Origin: an uncultured virus (IMG/VR IMGVR_UViG_3300007512_002491)
Taxonomy: Duplodnaviria > Heunggongvirae > Uroviricota > Caudoviricetes
Virus record (IMG/VR): IMGVR_UViG_3300007512_002491
Length of the DNA stretch: 64,000 nucleotides
Reading direction: 5' to 3' (one strand)
The number at the start of each line of letters is the position of its first letter. Position 1 is the stretch's first letter. Below are positions 58,068-64,000 of this stretch, in pieces. The notes beneath the pieces are model-generated. The model did not search any database, was not told the origin of the DNA, and saw only the letters and a program-made list of their open reading frames with translations. The translations under genes and the position numbers were made by a program.

Positions 58068-58949
58068 CATTTCTTTCTTAAAATCAGCTATATATTCTAG
58101 TAAATTTGTTTTCGGTCTCCAGAGCGTAGCTGAAGTCATAGCTGATATATCTGCAAGGGTCTCTCTTGCTTCTCCTGGCCTTGCAGGAATGAATATAATA
58201 TTATCACTAAACTCAAATGCTACGTCAAACAGAGAGTGATTTTGGCCGGTGCCCAAAGAAAAGACTTCTCCATTATGATTTCCGTCTGTTAGGCATATCA
58301 ACCCAAGAACAATATCTGAAATATGTGTGAAGTCTCTTCTCTGCGTTCCGTCTCCTACCACAGTAAGCGATTCACCGCTTATGTATTGCTGCTCAAATTT
58401 TCCTATAACTGTAGCCCACTCTCCAGTGATTGGCTGTCTGGGGCCGTATACATTAAAAAATCTAGCCACCGCAGTATTCATTTTATAATTTTCTGAAAAG
58501 AGCCGGCATATGTCTTCTCCAGTATGCTTGGCAAATGCATATGGATTTAAAAGTGGTCCTCCGAACGCGGTGCTTGAACCTGCATAAACTATTTTTGCAT
58601 CTTTATTCTTTCTTCTCATAAAATCTAAAAGATAAAAAGTTCCTAAAGAATTTACTTCAAAATATCTAACTGGATCTGAAAAAGATGGTTGAAGTCTTGC
58701 TAAAGCGGCTAGATGAAACACTATATCATAATGATCTAATTCTTTTTCTATCTTTGGAAGATCCACTATATCTTTAATAAGATACTTTACTTCACTTCTC
58801 ATATATTCGGAAGATGCAGACTCTGAAGATAGATCGTCTATAACAGTTATGTTTTTATAACCAGAAGATATTAATTCGTCTACTAAATTAGAGCCGACAA
58901 AACCTAGACCGCCTGTAACTAAAATATTTTTATCTGTATTAATCTTCAC
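58065..58949 (-). CDS. NAD-dependent NDP-sugar epimerase/dehydratase (extended SDR)
   Basis: LVTGGLGFVGS, FHLAA, catalytic YAFAK, RFFNVYGP, GDGTQRRDFTHI. Confidence 0.92.
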   Translation of the reverse strand: MKINTDKNILVTGGLGFVGSNLVDELISSGYKNITVIDDLSSESASSEYMRSEVKYLIKDIVDLPKIEKELDHYDIVFHLAALARLQPSFSDPVRYFEVNSLGTFYLLDFMRRKNKDAKIVYAGSSTAFGGPLLNPYAFAKHTGEDICRLFSENYKMNTAVARFFNVYGPRQPITGEWATVIGKFEQQYISGESLTVVGDGTQRRDFTHISDIVLGLICLTDGNHNGEVFSLGTGQNHSLFDVAFEFSDNIIFIPARPGEARETLADISAMTSATLWRPKTNLLEYIADFKKEM

Positions 58950-59790
58950 TAACGGCTCGCCCTTTCATAGATTCCCAGTCTTTATTATTTCTAACTTCTG
59001 AATTTTTTAGTTTAGCCGCTTTAAGAACTTTGGGATCAATGTCTAGTTTTTTAGCCATATAAATCATAGCATTAAGGTCTTTTGGAAAACAGTGGCCGCC
59101 GAAACCAAAATCACCATCTGGGCCAGGGACCTGAAGATGTGATGTTCCTATTCTTTTATCCAAAAGAGCTCCAGACACCACTCTAGAATAATCTGCATTT
59201 AAAGATTCACATAGTTGATAGAATTCATTAGCAAATGAGACTTTTGCAGCTAAGAAGCAGTTTATGAAATATTTCACAAGTTCTGCAGTTACGTATGTTG
59301 TGGTAAAATAACTTATATTTGGAAATACTTTTTGAAATACTTTTTGAGCTTTTTCACAATCGGATGGATGGCCACCAAGTACTATTCTATTTTGATTCTT
59401 AAAATCTTCTGCGGCATTGGCTTCAGTAAGAAACTCTGGATTGAAAACAAGGTTTAAATTTCTATATTCGCTGCTCCAGCCTGAGTGAGTCTGAGGCGGG
59501 ACCGTAGATTTCGTGATTACCAACTTGCTTTTATTTATTTCTAATAAGCAATTGTTTATTTCTTTCAGCGCGGATTCAATAATTCTAGTGTCGCAACTTC
59601 CGTCTTTTCTCATTGGGGTAGGCAAACAAACAAACAAAACATCTGATTTCCAAACTAGCTCACCGATAGATTCAACCGTGGCTTTTTCAGGTATTAGATC
59701 GTAAGTTTCTATTTTATAAGCTTTTTCTAATCCTAGCTTCACAGAAGACCCGACAAACCCTTGGCCCAGAATTCCAATAGTTGTCTGCAT
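58939..59790 (-). CDS. UDP-glucose/GDP-mannose 6-dehydrogenase family protein, short form
   Basis: GQGFVG, VCLPTP, KSTVPP, NPEFL, AELVKY..N, catalytic GFGGHCFPKD. It ends without the usual C-terminal domain. Confidence 0.88.
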   Translation of the reverse strand: MQTTIGILGQGFVGSSVKLGLEKAYKIETYDLIPEKATVESIGELVWKSDVLFVCLPTPMRKDGSCDTRIIESALKEINNCLLEINKSKLVITKSTVPPQTHSGWSSEYRNLNLVFNPEFLTEANAAEDFKNQNRIVLGGHPSDCEKAQKVFQKVFPNISYFTTTYVTAELVKYFINCFLAAKVSFANEFYQLCESLNADYSRVVSGALLDKRIGTSHLQVPGPDGDFGFGGHCFPKDLNAMIYMAKKLDIDPKVLKAAKLKNSEVRNNKDWESMKGRAVSED

Positions 59791-61427
59791 TACTCTGCAC
59801 CTTTTCGTTTTATGAGCTTCTTATATTCTGGAAAATAAAGATAGTCAATGTTGGTTCCTAAAAAGCAGTTTAGAGCATGCTCAACATTTTCGCAAATGGG
59901 CTCTCTATCATTGAAGCTTGTGTTAAGTATGATTGGTACTCCAGATGCCTTATGCCAAGCTTGCAAAAAATCATAGTACCACTTATTATCAGTCTCTCTA
60001 ACCGTTTGTAGTCTTGCTGTTCCATCTAAATGAACCACAGCTGGTACTAAATCAACTTTTTCTTTTTTAAATTTTAAAACAAACTGCATGTACGGACTCT
60101 CTTGATATTCTTCGAACCAATCTGAGGCTTCAGACTCTAATATAGAGGGAGCAAAAGGGCGATACCATTGCCGATGCTTGACCTTTTCATTGATAGTATC
60201 TTTCATTGTCGTTGATCTTGGATCTACTAATATGCTTCTATTTCCAAGAGCTCGCCGGCCAGATTCAGACGAGCCGTTGAATACCGACACTATATTTCCC
60301 TCTTGAAGCTTTGAAACTATATCTTCTACGCTTGATTCTAAAACTTCTATGTCATTTTTTCTATTTTCTAAAACTTCATTAAAATGTTCTTCAGTCCAAG
60401 TTTCTCCTAAATATGGAGTAAAATTATGCTCCCATTTAATTCTCGGATTTCCAAGCTCTTCGTGCCACAGAGCCTGTGCCGCTCCTATACACAATCCACC
60501 GTCATAAGGTACAGGGGGTATATAGACTCTCTTTAATTGCGGGAACCACTTCAATAATTTTCCCATGGCAACAGAATTTAAAGTGACACCACCAGCTAAA
60601 CAAATTGAATCTATATCGCTATCAAAGCTTAGCGCATATTCTATTATTTGTCTTATAAGAGCTTCGGTCGCTTCTTGCAAACCAGCAGCTATATCAAATC
60701 TATTTTGCTCTGACTCTCTAGCATGAGCGGCCCACGGTTCTAAATAAGGGTGGGGTGGATCACGGTCTGAAGTTGCTCCAACTGGTTGGTTTGGAGGCTT
60801 AAACCCAGCAGACATCTTGTCTTTGGTTAACCAATTCCAGCAGTCTTGAGCCCAGATAGATGCATCACCAAAAGCAGCCATGGCCATTACAGAACCCTCT
60901 TGGCCTCCTCTTGGCCACCCGTTCTGAAGCTTAAATACATACCTTGTTACTCGTGTCCACACACCTCCGATATTAATCTCGTTAGGCCGAAAGGTCTTTA
61001 GATGCTTCAATTCTGTTCCATCACCCCTCCAGATCGTACATGCAGACTCTCCACCGCGGTCGTCTTCTACACCACCACCATCTAAAGTGACGATTATAGA
61101 TTTCTCAAAATTACTAGAATAAAAAGCGTTTGCTGCGTGAGCTTTATGATGTGAGCAAAAATATAGCTTTCCACCATTGGCGTCTATGTGGTTTTTTAAT
61201 AAACTATAAGATTCTTCTCTTTCCGTTAGTTTTTTCTTTGGATATACAGAAGCAAAATGAGTTATAGCAGGCCACTCTGGATACCTGTCAAACATAAAGT
61301 TAGAAGAATCTCCCGGCGGGGATTTTTCTCTATTGTAGCGTTCATATTCAGCGTGAATTAAAGGTTTCCCATCTTCTAAAACGCAAAAAGAACAGTCGTG
61401 ACCCGACCAAAGTCCCGCTATTTTCAT
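59790..61427 (-). CDS. O-carbamoyltransferase (NodU/CmcH/TobZ family)
   Basis: GHD, HHKAHAANAFYSS, LDGGG, LAGGVTLN, GRRALGNRSIL.DPR, VKHRQWYRPFAPSIL, PAVVHLDGTARLQTV, LNTSFN. Confidence 0.95.
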   Translation of the reverse strand: MKIAGLWSGHDCSFCVLEDGKPLIHAEYERYNREKSPPGDSSNFMFDRYPEWPAITHFASVYPKKKLTEREESYSLLKNHIDANGGKLYFCSHHKAHAANAFYSSNFEKSIIVTLDGGGVEDDRGGESACTIWRGDGTELKHLKTFRPNEINIGGVWTRVTRYVFKLQNGWPRGGQEGSVMAMAAFGDASIWAQDCWNWLTKDKMSAGFKPPNQPVGATSDRDPPHPYLEPWAAHARESEQNRFDIAAGLQEATEALIRQIIEYALSFDSDIDSICLAGGVTLNSVAMGKLLKWFPQLKRVYIPPVPYDGGLCIGAAQALWHEELGNPRIKWEHNFTPYLGETWTEEHFNEVLENRKNDIEVLESSVEDIVSKLQEGNIVSVFNGSSESGRRALGNRSILVDPRSTTMKDTINEKVKHRQWYRPFAPSILESEASDWFEEYQESPYMQFVLKFKKEKVDLVPAVVHLDGTARLQTVRETDNKWYYDFLQAWHKASGVPIILNTSFNDREPICENVEHALNCFLGTNIDYLYFPEYKKLIKRKGAE

Positions 61428-61439
61428 TATAACTCCAAT

Positions 61440-62462
61440 TTAACTGTTTAGCCAGTCTTCTAAAAATTTATCTTCTTCACTAGTAGTGAGTGGTTCTGTG
61501 TTTGAATAGTCAAAATAATTTAGCTCTACCCATTCTCCAGGCAAGGCTGTGTCAGGACGTATTGGATTTTTTAACCAAGAACCATGTTCGTCTATAGGCG
61601 CATTAAATCCTATAGTTTTTACTACTTCTTCTATACTCCAAGGGCGGCCTCCTGTTGCGGTTTTATCTTGAATCAATTTTTCATAATCTAATATTTCATA
61701 GTATCTAAAATCTGATTTTGCCGGCCAATAATCGCCGTATCTACGATTACCCCTTACTCTAGCGTTGGTTCCTCGAGAATCTGTGTATATGGCAGCAGCC
61801 GGCGGAAATATAGGCATAATAGTTTTCCACTTTAGCTTTCTGCGGTAAACTAGCGCGGCAGCTTTTTGTAGCATTTTTGTTTCAGAGTCATCAGAACCTT
61901 CGTGACTACTATTTCTTATTTCCCAAGGATACATTTCTCTTAACACTTCTCTAGAAAAGAAAGCATCTGCCGCGCCAGCGACAGGAGGCCTATCTAAATC
62001 GGCAACGAAAGAATAATCGTTTACAGAGACTGGTTCTGTTAATTTATGAGAATCGTGTGTAACTCTTCTTTGCGCGTCAAGAGATATGCATCCAACTTGC
62101 GGGCCGTATTGAATAGCTAGCTCGACGTAATCTTTTAGCCAGCCGCCCTTTAATATAAACTGCATATCGCCCTGGAGTAAGATTACGTAATCTCCCGTAG
62201 AGTTTTCTACTATCTTGTTTAGACCTCTAGCAAACTCGTTAGAAGGATCTCTATGTTCGCTCCTAAAAACAATGAACCCTTGGCCTTCTTTTTCTTTCAA
62301 ATATTCTTCTGTGCCTTCTTCAACAGAATTATTATCTACAATTATCAATTCTTTATTTGGGTAATCTTGAGTACAATAAAGAAAAGATTCTACGCAGCTT
62401 TTAAGATAGTGAAGCCTGTTGCAATTAACGAATCCAACGGACACTTTCGGTAAATCGGTCAT
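61440..62462 (-). CDS. Glycosyltransferase family 2-like (GT-A fold)
   Basis: PKVSV...NRLHYL...ELIIVDNNSVEE...GLN...GDYVILLQGD. Confidence 0.82.
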   Translation of the reverse strand: MTDLPKVSVGFVNCNRLHYLKSCVESFLYCTQDYPNKELIIVDNNSVEEGTEEYLKEKEGQGFIVFRSEHRDPSNEFARGLNKIVENSTGDYVILLQGDMQFILKGGWLKDYVELAIQYGPQVGCISLDAQRRVTHDSHKLTEPVSVNDYSFVADLDRPPVAGAADAFFSREVLREMYPWEIRNSSHEGSDDSETKMLQKAAALVYRRKLKWKTIMPIFPPAAAIYTDSRGTNARVRGNRRYGDYWPAKSDFRYYEILDYEKLIQDKTATGGRPWSIEEVVKTIGFNAPIDEHGSWLKNPIRPDTALPGEWVELNYFDYSNTEPLTTSEEDKFLEDWLNS

Positions 62463-62480
62463 GTTTCTCTCAGTTGTATA

Positions 62481-62509
62481 ATTTTATTAAAAAACATATT
62501 CATGAACAA
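62481..62509 (-). promoter_or_regulatory. Possible sigma70-like promoter upstream of the GT2 gene
   Basis: TTGTTC-17 nt-TAAAAT in the intergenic gap. Confidence 0.3.
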
Positions 62510-62526
62510 GCTCGAGTTAAAACTTT

Positions 62527-63285
62527 TTATCTTCTTGTTCGAAGAGTGGCTAAACTTTCTATTGCGGGATTATCAAACCTTAAAACTGTTATGCATAGAT
62601 TTTGCCAGTCTTCTCCAAACAGTCTGATTTTCTTTATCGGACGTTCGCGTGTTTTAAAAGGTATTATTTGATCGAATGGCCAGGTAGAAACATCTGACAT
62701 ATTTGCAAAACTTAAAATTATTCTATTTTCATTATCTACAACTTTGGGAAAATTTTCTTTAATATGCTTAGCTGTCAGGAATTTTTTTTCTTGAAAGTTT
62801 ATTTTACGGCCCCCAAGAGGACAGTGCGCGAAACCCCAAACATAATATACGTCGCCGTCTGCATAAAGCTCCTTTTCTTCTATCGCTTCCCAAAAATTTT
62901 GTTTTTTATACAATTTTATGTTTTTTATTTTATCGCATCTTGGATTACTCCTGACTTTCGACGATATTTCAATACCATACACCATTTTTGCATATTTCGA
63001 AAATCCAAAAGATAGATCTCCTGATCCGCATCCGAGATCTACCACCACTTTATCTTTGATTAAATTTTTTACCACATGTGGAACTTCATATGGAGAGCGA
63101 ACCCCTGCTGGAGACACTAGATTTTTTGTAAGATACTCTAGATAGTCTGGACCGCATACTAATGGCTTGGTAGTTTTTCTTTTAATCGGCTTTTTCTTCT
63201 TATCGTGGTCTCGAAAAGATTCATCCACACCTAACATTCTCTTGATAGAAGAAATATGCGCAGGAGATAGAACGTTTTTATCCAT
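62527..63285 (-). CDS. Class I SAM-dependent methyltransferase-like protein
   Basis: KDKVVVDLGCGSGD...VYGIEIS (motifs I and II). Confidence 0.75.
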   Translation of the reverse strand: MDKNVLSPAHISSIKRMLGVDESFRDHDKKKKPIKRKTTKPLVCGPDYLEYLTKNLVSPAGVRSPYEVPHVVKNLIKDKVVVDLGCGSGDLSFGFSKYAKMVYGIEISSKVRSNPRCDKIKNIKLYKKQNFWEAIEEKELYADGDVYYVWGFAHCPLGGRKINFQEKKFLTAKHIKENFPKVVDNENRIILSFANMSDVSTWPFDQIIPFKTRERPIKKIRLFGEDWQNLCITVLRFDNPAIESLATLRTRR

Positions 63286-64000
63286 TTATCATTTCCTCTA
63301 TTATCGCATTCAAGCTATATTTCATGCTCCAAGAAGGATAGTGAGATTTAAATTTAGACATATCGGTGTAGTAACATATGTGATCACCAATTCTTGCTTC
63401 ACTAGAGTGCGAATAATTCAATTCGTATCCAGAAATTTCTTGTATTAAACTTATCACTTCTAATACAGACGCGCTATTGTGCACGCCTCCACCGAGATTG
63501 TATACTTCTCCCTTTTTAGGATCTGCGGCAAACTCTTCAAAAACTCTTACCACATCGTAACAGTGAATTTGGTCTCTAACCTGTTTTCCTTTATAGCCAA
63601 AAATAGTATATGGATTACCAGATTTTGCGCACTTTATGATGTAAGAAAGAAAACCATGCAGCTCTACCCCAGCATGTTGCGGTCCGGTTAGACAGCCGCC
63701 TCTGAAGACTCCAACGTTCAAGCCAAAGTATCTACCATACTCTTGCGCCAAGATATCTCCAGCGACCTTAGAGGCCCCGAAAAGAGAATGCAGACAACTA
63801 TCTATAGAAAAATCTTCAGCGATGCCGTTTTTATATTTTTCATCAGCAAAATCATATCGAGTTTGCCCCTCTGTTAAATCAAGATAGTTAGGCCCGTCTC
63901 CATACACTTTATTAGTGCTCACGTGTATAAAAACTGAAGATTCGCTACAGTGGTTTCGAAAAGATTCTAAAAGATTTAATGTTCCATTTGCGTTAACTTC
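63278..64000 (-). CDS. NAD-dependent epimerase (CDP-paratose/tyvelose 2-epimerase-like), 5' end beyond the window edge
   Basis: The frame is open to 64000 (EVNANGTLNLLESFR...HVSTNKVYGD), then HSLFGASK, FRGGCLTGP.H.GVELHGFL and GYKGKQVRDQIH. Confidence 0.88.
   Translation of the reverse strand, partial: EVNANGTLNLLESFRNHCSESSVFIHVSTNKVYGDGPNYLDLTEGQTRYDFADEKYKNGIAEDFSIDSCLHSLFGASKVAGDILAQEYGRYFGLNVGVFRGGCLTGPQHAGVELHGFLSYIIKCAKSGNPYTIFGYKGKQVRDQIHCYDVVRVFEEFAADPKKGEVYNLGGGVHNSASVLEVISLIQEISGYELNYSHSSEARIGDHICYYTDMSKFKSHYPSWSMKYSLNAIIEEMING

Noticed and set aside
1..64000. Alternative genetic code (stop-codon reassignment)
   Set aside because: The standard code gives near-complete coding density with ORFs up to 7 kb, and TAA, TAG and TGA all end genes at sensible boundaries.
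1..64000. tRNA, rRNA or other structured RNA genes
   Set aside because: Intergenic gaps are all about 110 nt or shorter and AT-rich, and I saw no cloverleaf or T-loop signatures.

Overview
64 kb of an AT-rich, large (probably jumbo) tailed-phage genome with a contractile-tail, distantly T4-like baseplate. Every credible gene is on the minus strand, and genes are densely packed, often with TAATG or ATGA overlaps. In transcription order (right to left) the window holds: (i) a sugar-modification cluster with two NAD-dependent epimerases, a SAM methyltransferase, a GT2, a NodU/CmcH-type carbamoyltransferase, a short UDP-sugar dehydrogenase and two GT4 enzymes, with a Cas4/RecB-like nuclease inside it; (ii) a gp55-like phage sigma factor; (iii) about 47 kb of virion genes, including gp5-, gp25-, gp6- and gp7-like baseplate proteins, LamG/DNRLRE/FN3 proteins, repeat-rich fibres and two giant acidic proteins, one of which has an N-terminal Hint domain; (iv) a RuvC-like resolvase, a primase, a fused Mre11-Rad50 (SbcDC) and the 5' part of the terminase large subunit. 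The most unusual signals are a [S/T]-[G/A]-S tripeptide enriched across unrelated outer virion proteins next to the glycosylation genes (candidate virion glycosylation system), a probably non-splicing Hint domain, tail-collar-like motifs apparently split between genes, and a recurring ATA[T/C]TTA candidate late promoter. All family calls come from motif recognition by eye; no database searches were run.
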